DNA of 64,000 bases. Source: Euglena gracilis. Taxonomy: Eukaryota. The DNA is taken from contig CP154954.1 in assembly GCA_039621445.1 (NCBI GenBank), positions 2,666,001-2,730,000 of the forward strand, read 5' to 3'. Every line of letters begins with the position of its first letter. Positions within the stretch are counted from its first letter, which is position 1. The notes below the pieces were generated by a model. The model was not told the origin of the DNA and did not search any database. It worked only from the letters and a program-made list of their open reading frames with translations. A program made the translations under genes and the position numbers. Positions 13,681 through 27,708 of the stretch are shown here, piece by piece.

Positions 13681-15324
13681 TTCTAGTTTGATTTTTTCGC
13701 ATTGGAGGCTAGGTAGTACACTTCGGGACCCCGGACTCCCCCTCCCTCCCTCCCCCCTGTTCAGTTCACTTCGGAAGTGAGAACCCCCCCCGTGAACCTG
13801 GATGTACTTGTTCACTTCGGGAAAAAACCAAAAAAAAACAACGGAACAACGTGCGAACACCGAAAAGGGTATTTTTCAAAAAAAATTGGCGCCTTCGGCG
13901 CCGGACCCACCCTCCTCCGGGAAGTCAACATGTCCAGTTCAGTTCGGAAGTGAACAGGGGAGGTCTGGGACCCCCCCTCCCCCCTGTACCTGGGCTCCTT
14001 GGACTTCAAAGAGACGTTAGCGTGTGACCCATCCACTTTTACCCGAAACTGGCAAAAAAGTTCCAAAAATAGCACCTTTTCACAATTTTCGGCGCCAAAA
14101 AAGATATACCCACCAGCCCCAACCCCCCCCCCCCCGGGGAGGAGGGGGTCCAAGGGACCCACCCTATCCCCCCTCCCCCCGGGGGGGGGGGGGGGGGGCC
14201 CAAGACTAAAAAAACCCCATGGTCCCGGCCCCTTCGGGGCGGGGACAGAAAAAAAATACATTTTGGTTGTGCCAAGAAAAATTTTTTGGCTCGCCCCCCC
14301 CGGGAAAAAATTGTTCCTACACCTATGCCCGGGGGGGGGGGGGCAGGTGGTAAGCAACGGTCTGATTCAAACAGCCAAGGTGAAAGTGGTTTGTGGGGTC
14401 CCAAAAAGCAATTAGCATCAACGGAGGGGAAAAAGTCGGTTTGTGGTCAAAATCAAACATCAAGAAGTGCCATGGGGTTTTTTTCAAGGACTTTATTTTG
14501 GCCGCCAAAGACGGCCGAGACGGCAATGGATTTTGCAATTTCATTCTCCAAGGGGGTGGTTCGGGTCACGGGGGGGGGGTCACGGGGGGGTGATGGGGGG
14601 GTCACAGGGGGGAACATGGTGGCAAAATTAGGAATCACCGAGTCGAATTTTTTGGAGAAAAATTACACAAATTAGGAATCCCCACACCTAAAATAGGATT
14701 TTGACACCAAATTAGGAATCACCAAGCCCAAATTTGAAAAATTTACACCTCAAAATTACCGACAAAATTTCGTCAAAAAGGGTCCATGTTCGGGTCACGG
14801 GGGGGTCACGGGGGGAACACCCCCCGTGACCCTCCGTGACCAGCCAGCAGCTCAAAATCCAGCCCCAAATTCGGGATGGGAGCCCCCCCCCCCCCGGGGT
14901 CGAGTGAAATAAACTTAACTGGTAAGGTGGCTGCCGAAGGCAGCCGAGACGGTAACGCCTTTTGGACCATTGAACATGGCATTGCAAAGAAAAATATCAC
15001 ATTCATGCTGAATTTTTTTTCTTTCCAAAATCCCGGGGGGGGCGGCCGCCCCCCCCCCCGACCCCCCCCCTTGTGACACCTATGATGACAAAGTCGGGGG
15101 TTGGGTCCACCGACTTTGTCCTGAGTCCGGAGGACCCCCTTTCTTCTGGTGCAATCCATTTTCCCAACCATTGGATACTGGTTGCGGCTGCCATACTCAT
15201 GGTGTAAAGGAGCAAGGCACAGGAGGGAAGAGGGAGTAGCTAACGCAAAAACCTGGTCAAGGCATCCACAATGCCACTGAATGTTTCCAGGAGAAAAAAC
15301 GGTGGCAGACAGTTGGTGTCCTCC

Positions 15325-17118
15325 TCATTGCTTTCGCTTCGCGTTCTGGACACGAGCTGGCAAGGGAGGCATGTCCCGGCCATCGCAACGAAGACAACAC
15401 CAATTTTTGCGGGGAGGGGGCATGGAACGGCCTGCGCAATCGAGGTGCCAAAATTTGTGGCATGAGTCGCAGTCCATGGGGCGCAACAAGCCGCGCTTGC
15501 CAAGGGGCATAAGGCAACGCGCACAAGGCTTGCCTTGCATGCGGTCCTCGGTGGTTTCAGTTTTTTTTTGAGGCCGCGGGGGAAAGAGTTAGGCAGGTTA
15601 TCCATAACAACCGAGGTAGCTGCCCCCTCCGGAGCCGGTGGTGCCGCGTACACCGCGGCGCGCGGCGCGGTACTCGCTCTTCTTCAGCTCGAGTTGACAC
15701 AAAGGGGACAAGGCAGTACAGTTGGTCAAACCTTGGGGCCCCCCCCCTCCCCCCCCCTGTACAGTTCCCACCCCCCCCCCTCCTGGCCCCCCCCCCCCCC
15801 CCCCCCACTTCCAACCCCCCCGAGACAGATGAAAAATTTTTTGTCCGAAATTGGTCATTTTTTCATTTTTTGAAAGGAAATTTTGTCAGGATTTTCTTGA
15901 CCATCACATTTTTTGGGATGCATTTTGGGCCATTTTTGAAGGAATGCCCAAAAAATTCTGTTTTGGATGTGGAAATGCACCATTTTTTTGCACATTTTTT
16001 TTAAAAAGGAAAAAGGTCAGTTTTTTTTATCTCTGCAGCTTCGTAGTCCAGAAAGGACATGAACCATCATGTCCTTGGAAAAACTAAAAAACGTCACTTT
16101 GATGACCAAAAAGATTACTTCAAAACTTTTTCCTGAAAAAAAATGGTCATTCCGCAAGGAAAAAAGTCAACTTTTGCTTTTTTTTAAAACAAATAAACAT
16201 TTTTGGGTTTTTTTTTAAAAGAACATGCCTTTTTTTTATAAAAACAACAAAACAAAAAAACGTCAACCCTGCCCCTAGTTAGTGACCCCCCCTATTAGTA
16301 ACCCTTGGACCCCAGGCAAAAACAATTTTTTGGAGGGAAATATTTTTCTTTGAAAAAAACCACCAAATTTGGCCATCGGAATTTTTTGATGGTTGTCATT
16401 CATGAAAATTGCCCCGGAATGCCCAAAAAGATAACCTTGAAACACCCAAGAATTGGGGTAGGGGGCAAAAATTGGGCATAAATTGCCCCCCCCCCCCCTG
16501 AGTTAGCCAGTTCTTACACCCCCCCCCCCTATTAGTCACCTTGGCCAAATTCCCCTCCCAAGGGGGTGACTCTATGGGGGGGGGAATGGTATGTACAACG
16601 AAGACAACCTCAATTGGACGAAAAATGTCGCAACTGTCTCGGGGGTAGGCAGTACAGTTGCGATTTTCTGGGGACCCCCCCCCTCCCCCCCCCCCCCCTG
16701 TACAGCTTCCAACCACCCCCCTCGGACCCCCCCCCTCCCCCCCCTGTGCCTTGTCCCCAAAAGCTGCCTTTGTGGCAACTTGTGGCATTCTTTTCAGCTT
16801 CTGTGTCATGCAAAGCGTGCACTGAAAGCACCCACTTTGCAAATGCCACCATATCGTCATCCAAATCCGTGGTGACATAGCCTCGCATTTCGCAAATTAT
16901 TTGAAAATTGGCGAGGGCGACAAATCCCCCCTTCTGATTTTTGGCGCTGCTATAAGGCTGGGGCACAATTTTTGACTGAAAGTATCCAAAAGCACTGTGT
17001 CCGCAGAAGGTTTGTTTTGGGGTTCCACGGCGTCCTTCAACCGTGCCAAAAACTCTGCGGGTGATGGCAGGGGTCCCAGGGCGGCTTCAAGGACGTTCAC
17101 GACCTGTGCGGGCAACAT
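15325..17118 (-). pseudogene. Repeat-embedded decayed ORF: helical N-terminal domain plus C-terminal PHD finger, split by a 1.05-kb MITE
   Basis: CARC...CDSCHKFWHLDC...WCCLRC is a C4HC3 PHD pattern. Removing 15704-16758 and one AAA TSD restores the frame. One TGA and two A-run frameshifts remain. Confidence 0.65.
15704..16758. mobile_element. TIR element with 3-bp TSD (PIF/Harbinger-like)
   Basis: Termini GGGGACAAGGCA...TGCCTTGTCCCC; TSD AAA; same family as 40407-41460. Confidence 0.8.
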
Positions 17119-17277
17119 GGAGCTGTAAAAAAACAAATGTATTCGTTGAAAACGTAGTTGTGACACTTTTCCACATTAGGCGTACACCGACTTTGTCCTG
17201 AGTCGGAGGGGGGTTGGTACACCAACTTATAGCAAGGCCCCCCCTCCCCCGACTTTGTCCTAAGTCGGAGGGGGGAC

Positions 17278-18956
17278 CAGCAGTGCAAATTTTGGCAAAT
17301 GACAAGGGTTTCTGACAGACATCTGACATTTAAACATTTGTGACATTTAAACATTTAATATGACATTTAAACATTTGTCAGCTGCCAAATATTCGCGTTT
17401 CTCATAAGGAATCGCCCGGCTTAAATTAATGTCCGCTCCCCAAACGGTAGCACTTTCTGAGTGTTTATTTTTTGACATATCACATGGCCGGCAAAACAAA
17501 GCCCCTGGTGGGGCTGGACGAGGAGAGCGACATGGAGAACAACCCAGAAGGCCCATGGTGAAAGCCCCTGGTGGGTTTCAAGATTTGATCTACCTCTACA
17601 TGAAGTTTACAGTTTCAAGTTGAAGCTGAGTGCAAGTCAAATCATCAAGTATCAAGCACAATGTCGGGAAACAAGTTACTGTGTCAAGAACTGTGTTTGG
17701 GCCAAGAGTTAGGGGGAGCCCAGGGGCGGGGACCGCGGCGCCGAAGGCGCCGTGGTCGCCCCTGGGTCTCCCTAAAACCTTGGCCCAAAACACTGTTCTT
17801 GTTTGAAACCGTGTTTTGGGCGAAGATTTAAGACTTTCAAAGTCTCGAAATCGGCCCAAACACGGTTTCAAGGTACAAGGGAAGTCCTGTCCAAGGTGTG
17901 GAATGAAGTGGTGGACAGGGCTTATCATCCCCTTTTTGCAGATGCTGCAGAACTTCACCATGCTGCGACATTTCTGGTTTGCTACCCGGCTTCTTGGTCT
18001 GCTGGCTGCCTGGGCTTGGTGGCCCCATTGGCTTTTTTATGTCAACCTGATCATATCCATGGATTGGATTTGGGCTGTGGACTGGATTAAAGCTGCGAAC
18101 TGTCACTTGTTTATTTTCTGCTGCTGCCTCAAGGCACTGTGAACATTTTTGGGAAGGGGATGTGATGATCTGAATGTTGGATCTTCCATCTGCAGTTTTT
18201 TTCCACAGTGGGGGACAAGTTTTGTTCAACTGGGTGGGGGGGGGGGGAGTTTTGGGCCACAGTCATGGGCGACTTTGGGCTGGGCCTGAGGCGTGCCACA
18301 ATAAAGGCCACTTTTGGGTGCCACAGTTATCAGCCAGATGGGTGGCATAGTTATGGGCCAATTTTTGGCCACGGGTGGGGCCACAGTTTTTTGACCATCC
18401 GGGTGCCACAGTTTTGGTCCAATTTTTTGGACACAGGTCGGGCCCACCTGGCCACCTAGGTGCCACAGTTATGGGCCATTTTTTGGCCACAGATGTGGGT
18501 CCCACAGATATTTTGTCATGAACAACCCCCAGGCCCAGATTTTTTGTCCCGAATTGCCCGGCCCCCCCTTGGCCCAGTTTTTTTTGTCCTAAATAACCCC
18601 CCCTGACCCAGATTTTTTGTCCTGGGTCGCCCCGCCCGCCCAGTTTTTTTTTGGGTCCCGAATAGCCCCCAGGCCAGTTTGTTTGTACGAGTTAGAGTTT
18701 GACCTTAAAATCAAAAACCACTACACTCCTTTCCGGAGAAGAACCATCGGCGTCCGGATGACTTGATCTCTACGCCGAAGTTGTTTTAAAACGAGCGGCA
18801 CCCCTGGCCACGGGTAGCAAAAATGCTCTAATGGCCTCGACGCAATCCCGATGACAAAAAACCCGTCAAAAACTCCCTGGATTTCTGACTGACAAGGATA
18901 AATGTTTGTAAAAAACCCCTGACAAATGTCCTCCTTTTTTGACAACCGCACTGCTG
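17278..18956 (+). mobile_element. 1.5-kb non-autonomous TIR element, copy 2, with a 195-bp double-hairpin insert (17679-17873)
   Basis: Termini CAGCAGTGC...GCACTGCTG; it splits an older GACTTTGTCC-motif repeat. Confidence 0.85.
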
Positions 18957-21900
18957 GGGGGGGGGCCCGACTTTGTCCTTCGGACAAAGTCGTGGGGTCC
19001 CCCCTCCGACTTAGGACAAAGTCGGGGGAGGGAGGGTCTTTCATGATATAAATCCCCGACAGGGGGAAGGAGCAAAGCAAACCTCCACCATGGTCGGGAA
19101 ACAACACCCGACCCCGTTTATGTACATAAAGGGAGGGCAACCATTTAGGGACAGTGTTGTTTCTGCTGAATCAACAGTCGTTTGCTTGTTCACAGCCGTC
19201 GATAAATGACGGGCAGCATTAATGGTCTAGTGGTATCGCCGTAACATTTTTGACAAAACCGATGTAAATAACTCCCTGAGTTTTTGACAAACAAGGATAA
19301 ATGTCTGCTTTTTACGATTGACAAATGTCCTCCCTTTTGACGACCGGAATACTGATCCAGGCCAATGGGGGGAGGTTTTGTCGCCCATTCTGGCAGAGTT
19401 AGTGTTGCAGGAAAGAGGCTTTCGGCACATGCCCGCCAGACAGAGGATGTCACTGTCGGGCTGGCCTCCCTGGGGAATGCTGTCATTGGGACTGAAATTT
19501 TGGGGTGAGCTGGGGTGGGGGCTCATTTCCCATTCCCAGTGTCCCTGTGAGTTATCTGGGGTGGCCATCTAGGTGAAAGATGTCTTGGGAAAATGACAGT
19601 GTTATATAGTGTTACATTGTCATAGCACGGAACTCTTTGGGGCAGGCCTTCCAGTTTGAGGATGTCACTGGGAAAGATGCCATGGGAAAGATGCCCTTGA
19701 GAAGATGCCCTAGGGAGGATGTCATTGGGGAGGGGGTTGAGCCCCCATTTTGGCAGACCCAGTGTCCCAGGTGCCTTCATTTCCCTAGGGGCATGCAACA
19801 ACAACAAGACAAAGATGGGCCTTGAGAGGCCAAGACAGTTCCATCTTATAAAATTCCTTGCCACCACAATGGTCAATGGTCGGCATGGTGCCAGTACATC
19901 TTCGGCCTGTGGCTATACTCCTGCTGCTGGGGCGGCCGCTGGCTCTGCCCTTGCTGCTGGTGTCGCCTGGGGCCATAGTGGGCCGGGCTGTTTTTTTTGA
20001 CCTTGTTTTTTTTGCTTTTTTTAATTCTAATAATGTTTTTTTTTAAAAAAAACGCCCACTAGGTTTTGCATGGAAATTTTTTTGAATGCACATTTTGAAT
20101 CATTTTTGGCAACTTCTGGGTAGTTTCTGCTGAAAAACTTCCTTCCACAAAACTGAAAAAAATCTTCAAATTCCATTTTTGTTGCATTTTTGGACGTTTT
20201 TGACCATTTTGTGTTGTAGTTGGCAGTTTTGAACTTAGTAGGATTCAAAGTATGGTTTGGGAGTATCACAACGAGCTTTTTCAATGAAAATTTTCCTTTT
20301 GTTTTTTTGATGTTTTTTTTAATGTTTTTTTTATAAAAAAACACGTTGTTTTTTATTAAAAAAAACAAAAAAATGCCAACTATGCCTGGGAGATCAGGCA
20401 GTAGACTTTGGTCATTTTGACCCCCCTCCCCCCCCCTATGGTGAAGTTCACCGTTTGAAAGTTCACCGGGGGGGGGGTCCCGGACCCCCTCCTCCCCCTC
20501 TGCCTTACCCATCGGTGAACTTCACCGGTGAAGTTCACCAAGAGAGCACTTTTTTGGCCAAAAATGGCCAAAAAATGAGCCGTCGCAACTCGGCGGCCGT
20601 GGGCCCAGGGTCTGCCACCACCAAGAAACAGCGAATATCTTTTCTCTCTCGGCTTTGGTGGGGGGGGGGGCTCCCAACCCAACATCACGAAAAGGCTGCC
20701 CCCCTCGCGGTCGAAACTCAGCGGGTGGGCTGGAATTCTCTGAAAAACGCAAAACTGGAAATACCCTCCCCGCGGTCGAAACTCAGCGGGTGAGGGGCCT
20801 GGGGCCATGAACCCACAAAACTCTCGCACTCTCTCTGAAACTCAAAGCCTTCCACCCCCAGGGTCGAGACTCACTGGGGCGATGGCAGTACAGTTGGGGT
20901 TTTTTGGGGACCCCCCCCCCCTCCCCCCCCTGTAAAGTTGGGATTTTTGGGCCCCCCCCCCCCCCCTAGTGCCGAACGGTCAGAGACAGATGGCCTTTTT
21001 GGACCAAAAATGGCCTTTTTGGACCAAAAAAAGGCCATAAAAATTTTTCCGGCGCCTTCGGCGCCGGTTTTTGGCCAATTTTTGAGGGGGGGGGTTGGCA
21101 GTACAGTTGGGACCCCAGGACCCTCCCCCCCCTGTGTTGAGACAGTACAGCAAAAAGTGCCAAAAAATGCAAAAAAATCAGACCTCGGGACCCCCCCTCC
21201 CCCCCCCTGCCAAAGCCCCACTGGGTTCCAGGCTGAAAAACAAAGGCGATAAGGCAACGATCGTGGTCCAATGTCAAAATATGGAAATGTCCAATGTCGA
21301 AACGTGAACAGTGGGGGGTTGGTACGCCGTGGCGAGGGGGTCCGAATAGGGGGGGGGGGGGAGGGGGGGTAAATGGCGTGGCGAGGGGGTCGGCGACCAG
21401 GGGGGGGGAGGGGTGTACCATGGTCGCCAACAAAATTTTCGTTCAAAAAATCGCGAAAATCGCCGGTGGCGTGGCGAGGGGGTCCGGCTAGGGGGGGGGG
21501 TAAATGGCGTGGCGAGGCCCTCGGAGAGGGGGGGGGGGAGGGGGGTACCAACCCCCCAGTCAAAACAAACCCACCACTTCCAGGGCAGGCCTCCAACATT
21601 CCCACCAGGGCATTGCAGCCGAGGGGGAGGACTGGACACCCTCGACCATCAAACCAACAATGTCACCGAGCCAGGCATCCCCTGGGGTCGTAACTCACCA
21701 GGGGTCAAAAACCGTAATGCCCCATGTGCACCTGCAGCATGCACCCCATGTGCATCTGCGGCATCTGCAGCATGCACCCCATGTGCATCTGTGGCATGGC
21801 CCAAATGACTGGAATGTACATCTTGGGGTGGTGCGGGTCACGGGGGGGGCACGGGGGGGTCACGGGGGGGGGGTCACGGGGGAAGTATGCCACTTTGGAG

Positions 21901-22638
21901 GAGGTCGGGAGGCGGCATCCATGTTGTTGCATCCCATCACGAGAAGGGCGGCACGCACCCTAAAATCGGTGATTTTTGGGCCCAAAAAGTAATCATTTCT
22001 GGCCATTTTTGGTCAAAAATGCCTTTTGGTTTAAAAGTGGTCATTTTTGGGGGTGATTTTTATGTCCAAAATTGGTCATTTTTTCATTTTTTTGAAAAAG
22101 AATTTTTCAGGATTTTCTTGACCGGAACATTTTTTTGGGATGCATTTTGAGCCATTTTTGAAAAAAATGGCCCAAAATGGCTATTTTTGAAGGGGGAAAA
22201 AATAGTCAAAAAATTCTGTTTTTGTTGTAGAAATGCAGGAATTTCTGGCACTTTTTTAGGGGACAAGATTTTTGGCCATTTTTGGGTGTGGAGGCACGTT
22301 GGGCGTTGGGTGCCAAAAAGGGGTTTGGTTGTCCAAATGGAAGGTGGGGTGAGGACAATTATTTTCTGTTTTGGGGGGGTTTTCTTCCACAAAAATTTCA
22401 TGTTTCTCCCTTTTTGCGATGAAATTCTTTCCTACTTGCGTAATCTCCCTTTTGCCAATGTTTTGGGTCAAATTGGCCCCGAGCGAGAAATTGGTGATGG
22501 ACTTTTTGGTGGTCGCTAGCGACTATTCGCTAGGGTCACTGGCGACTAGTCGCTGGTGACCATTGGTGGTCGGAGCGACTAGTCGCTCCGACCACCAATT
22601 TTAAGTCCACCCCCCTTCAAAAAAGTTTTTAAGCCCTA

Positions 22639-23172
22639 AGGTTGCTTCGATTAATAGATTAATCGATTAATCGATCGACACCCCCTGATTAATCATTCAA
22701 TCGGCAGGGAGGTCAATTAATCGAAAATAATCGCCTCCATTATAAATCACCCATTGCACAATGGAAAAAGTCCGCATGCTTGACTTCAAGACGTTGACAA
22801 TGGCATGCCACAAACACAGAAGATGGATCATTTGCGAAACACTATTTCTTTCAACAGTCACTTGTCCACCTCCTCCTTCACAGGGGCAGAAAGGGTCAAC
22901 AAACATGGGATACCATGTCCCCCCCTTAATATTCTCGTCCTGTGGCCCCCTTTTGGGTCCATGGGAACAGTAAGGGGGGGGGGGGCGAGCTCCCCCCCTT
23001 ATTGTTCCCACATCAACTAACCAAGCAAGTTAGACCCCAAAAGCCACCCAAAATGCCAAAAACCGAACCTTTTTGATTCACATGCTTGAAAATTGCACCT
23101 CCCAAGCATCCACTTTGGCGTTGGATTTTGACAGGAATGAGAGCACCTGAAACCAACCCCCCCAAAAAAATC

Positions 23173-23215
<43 letters not shown>

Positions 23216-23510
23216 AGAATCCTTCATAAAAAGTGCCTTGACAGGGGTGTACGGGTCGCGGGCGGGGTGGGGGGGGGTCGCGGTGGGAATGTGGCAGTTT
23301 TGACAGGTCACATGTGACATGTGACCAGCGTGACCTAACATACAACGTCACGTGTAACCATTTTTAGAACTTTTGGGTCCAAAGATAGAGTTTATCACAC
23401 ATGTTTGGCAATTTGATTGAGGAGAGCACTAATCGATTAATCGATCGGGCCCCCCCAATTAATCGGCAATTATCGATCGACAGCCTCAAGATCGATTAAT
23501 CGGGCAACCT
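22639..23510. mobile_element. TA-flanked TIR element (Tc1/mariner-like MITE) with ATCGATTAAT repeats, nested in a larger palindromic element (~22490-24480)
   Basis: TA|AGGTTGC...GCAACCT|TA. Confidence 0.7.
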
Positions 23511-25764
23511 TATAACCCCCCCCCCCCCCTCGAAAAAAATTCATTCAAATTTGGAGGAAAATGACTCAAAACCCACCCAAATGCCTTCCAAATCCTCCAT
23601 TCGGGGGTCAATTTACAAAAAAATTGAGTAATTCTCTTTGCGCCTGTTCTGTGAAGCCATAGCGCGACTTTATCCTTACCTTGCACACATAAGACTACGG
23701 AGGCTAGGCGCGCCGCTCGGGGGGGTCCGGGACCCCCCCCTCCCCCCCCCGCGCGGCCCCTGCGCGGCCGCCCGCGCGGCGGCTGGCCCCCCCCCTGGGC
23801 CCCCCCCTCCCCCCCTATGCCTAGCATAGCCAAGAAAAAAAATTTTGGTAAAAAAATCGCGATTTTTTGAGGCCCAAAAATGACCAAAAATGACCATTTT
23901 TGGACCCAAAATGGCAAATTTGGGGGCCGCGCGCTCTGCGCTCGGCCAAAAAGCAGCACTTTTTTGGTCAAAAATGGCCCAAAAATGGCAAAAAATGACC
24001 ACTTTTTGGACCCGAAATTCACCGATTTTAGGATGCGTTCCGCCCGCGCGGCCGCCCTCGGACCCCCTCCCCCCCCCCTCCCCCCCGCGCGGCCGCCCGC
24101 GCGGCCACTCGCCCCCCCCCCCAGCCCCCCCCCCCGCTGTGCCTAGCCTCCTACGAGCGCGACTCAGTCATCCTTGCCTTGCACACACAAGGGGATTGTG
24201 TTATTTTGGGCGGGGGGTCCGGGCGGGGGGGGGGGGCAGCAGCCCATCCGGAGGAGGCCATAGGGAGTGCAATCGGCCCATCCTTGCCTTCCACAACATT
24301 GCAAATTAACCCCGAAAATTAAACACCGTTTGGAAGTCATTTGGGCAAAAAATTTTGGAGGGGGGCTTAAAAAAAATTAGAGGGAGGGTAAACTTAAAAT
24401 TGGTGGTCGGCCCGACCACCAATGGTCACAAGACTTGGTCGCTAGCGACTGGTCGCTAGCGACCACCAAACGTCCATCGGCAAAGAAGCGCCATTGTTTG
24501 GGTCGAAAATTTTTTCACCTCAAATCTTGGCATTTCTTTCCATTTTTAGACCATGTCAATGGTTTGAACAAGAAAAATGATGAAAAGCGACCAAAAACGC
24601 CACCTACATCAAAAAGCAGGCTGAAATGATGAATGAAAAGAAAGGCTGAAGTGATGAAGGTTGATGCATTGTATGAAAATCGAAGGCTCGATTCTCGGGT
24701 CACAGGCGGGTACCCCCCCCCATATTGTCCCAACCACCTTCCCACTGGGACCCCAAATGGACAATATGGGGGGGACAATATGGGGGTACCAAAGGAAATT
24801 TCATTGGCCGAGCCAAAAAACCCCCCGTCGGCCGGGCCGAGGGACAATATGGGGGGGGGGACAATATGGGGGGGGGGGTGGTAGCACCCCCCTTGAACAG
24901 GTTGACCATGTCCAGCTCCGGGATGTAAACCCCCCCAAAAATAAGACCCCCCCAAAAATAAGACCCCCCCCCCCCAAAATAAGACCCCCCGTAAAGAAGA
25001 CCCCCCTTGACGGCGCGAAGCGCCGGGGACAGTGAAAATTTTCCCTGAAAAATACCAAAAACCCCAATTTCATGCACAAAAATGATGAAATTTCAAAAAA
25101 TTTCAGATTTTTGAAGTGGAAAAAGCATGCTAAATGTAAAATTACACCAATTTACACATGGCGCGAAGCGCCGAAGGAAAAATTCTAGCACTCTCGGGAA
25201 CCTGAAAAATGGTGTTTTTTCGGGCCCGGGTCGGTCAAGAAAAAATCCAAAAATAAGACCCCCCCCCAAAATAAGACCCCCCCTGGAGGCTTCCAGCAAC
25301 GGACCCAAAAATAAGACCCGGGTCTTATTTTTGGGTGGGGTTTACCACTGGTGCATGCACCAATCCAGCATGCTCCACTGCGTCATCCGTCGGGTGGTCA
25401 CAGGTGAGTTGATTGTGAAACAGGGGCGGCGCCGGGGTGGGGGCTCTCTTCGCAATCCACACCTTTTCTGCCGCACGACCCCGGGCCCCCTGTTTGGCTG
25501 GCTTCGGCTTTGCCTTGGGTTTTGCCTTTACCTTGGGCTTCGCCTTCCTACCCATTGGCAGGCAAATTCCACTTCAAATTTCCAAACTTCAACCACAGCA
25601 CAAAACTCAAATCTCTCAGTCTTCAATCAATCCCATGGTCCGCAGATATCCCAGAAGGCCACAAACCATGGGCCCAGCAATCAACTCATGAGGTTTGACT
25701 GAACGGAAAAAACAGAAATTTTAATGTGCAGCGCGCGCTCTCAGTCCTAATTCAGGCTTCAGGC

Positions 25765-26299
25765 TGCGCACAGGTGCAGCACTTCCTGGGATCCCAGCTA
25801 CAAGGACGGGGTATTCCGCATGCATTGGAGATCTCGGTGGCCGCCGATCAAAAGCGGGATGCGGACATCTTCCTTCCCCACTGGTCCGGCGCTGCGTCCT
25901 GGGCCATCGATGTGGGCATCAACCACCCCTCCCGGCCCAGTGCCAGTTGGAGCCTCCCCGCCTCGTGGGAATTACTTCGCAGCAGAGCCCTTAAGAATGC
26001 CAAACCCGAGTTGCGCAATTCTCCCCCATGATCCTTAGTGTATGGGGGGGGACAGCCAACGCGTATGGGAAGAATTACGGCAACACCTTGGCGCCACTGC
26101 CTCCGGTGGTGCCAGGAATGACTTCCTGGCTGAACTACAACAAGGCCTGTCATTGGCCCTGTTCTCCGGGGTGGCCGCCCAACTGGGTGCTCTCCTCAGT
26201 ACCAAGGAGCTGGGACCCTCCGCTACTGGTTTCCCATACGCCTTGGCTCCCCTCACGCTCCGACCAGTGGTAATGGACATGGCTTCGGCCAGGCGTTGA
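25765..26299 (+). mobile_element. 5'-truncated CRE-like non-LTR retrotransposon, C-terminal restriction-like endonuclease domain, frameshifted
   Basis: RDADIFLPHW...WAIDVGINHP...C...FSPMILSVWG...LQQGLSLALFSGVAAQL across two frameshifts follows the RPAD...AIDV...F.P...Q.LS.AL..G.A pattern of RLE domains. Confidence 0.7.
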
Positions 26300-27708
26300 G
26301 TTCCCTACCCCCATTCTTCACTACACCGCTCTTCTCCCTGCAAATCCTTCCCTCCCCCCCCCCCCCCCCCCCGCCCCGAATAGGGGACCAACTGTTCACA
26401 CAGCGCCGCTCGTTTGTCACCTTTCCCCTGCGACTCTCTGCTTGGATCACCGCCCTTCCCTTTTATATACCTGTGTACACCCTGACTTTCCATGGGGCTT
26501 CCCCATCTGTACACTAGCCTCCCCCTCGAAACACTTCAAATCCAGTAGGCAGCGCCACTGGTCGGTGGATTCGGTTCGCCCCACCACCGTTTCGTGTCAG
26601 AGTAAAAGGGGTGAGGAACAAAGATGGGTTGGTGAGGGATCCATAACTGGAGACGCGAAAATTTTCACGATCCCAGCTCGCCCGCGAAGAGCACACAAAC
26701 ACAAAGAGTACACAAACACAAAGAGGACACCCCCGGAAGGAACACCCACTCCCCAGGGCTTCCTCCCGCCCGTCGTACAGCTGACACACCACCCCTCCGT
26801 ACCGCGCGCTTCACCGCCCCTTCCTTTGCACCTTACTCCTGGCCCTCCCCCTCCCACCCTGAGAACCTGCTATGTACATTACTCTCACCCTGACAGGACT
26901 TTGGCTCGGAATGATCCTCCTAGGCCGCAAAAAAAACAACCAAACACAAACCCGGTGAAATTGGGTCCACCCCGTTTCCCCATCAGGAGTGTTTTCAACA
27001 CTTCTTTCAACCCAGGCTGTAAAGGCGCGCTGCACGCTTGTGCATGGCTGACCACGCTCGACAAAAACCAGAAATTTTGGCATCACAATGGTTTTTTGGC
27101 ATATTACTGAATTTGTCAGAATTTTTTCTGTTGGCCAGGTGCACGAATGATAGGAGGATCCCACCGACCCAAAGTCCCGGGGTGAGAACACTGTGCGGTG
27201 AATGTTAATCAACCCCCTTTATTGAAATTTGAGCCCCCCCCTCCAAATTCAGTTCTCTTGGTTGGGCTGAAAATGCATGCAAACACATTGGACCTCAAAA
27301 ACTGTCAAAAAACGTCCCATTTTTAAAAAAAATTGAAAATGTGCTGGGTGGAGGCCAAGGACACATCCATCATGCAAATCATTGGATAAGTGAATAGGGA
27401 TATGGATACGGTTAGGGTGAGGGTTAGGGGGTTCTTGTTCGCTGCTCGACCACACCAAAAGTTTTACAAGTCGGATCACCCAGCTGCACCAAGAAAATTT
27501 TTAGTGGATTTCAGCTGGGCAGGGTCCAGGATTGGCCCTGCCGTACCTCGGGCAGGGCAGTGTTCCCAAAGGCAGACAGCAGGCAGGAGAAAGGAAGATA
27601 AAGTCCACCGACATTTCGCCGCCACAAAGGGAATGGCCCGCCGTTGGCTGGAGGAAAAGGTGCCAGCGGCCCCTTTTTTCTTTTTCCCACTTTCCCTCCC
27701 CCACAGCC

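Noticed and set aside
27408-27430. TTAGGG-like repeats as a telomere
   Set aside because: Only about three degenerate interstitial units.
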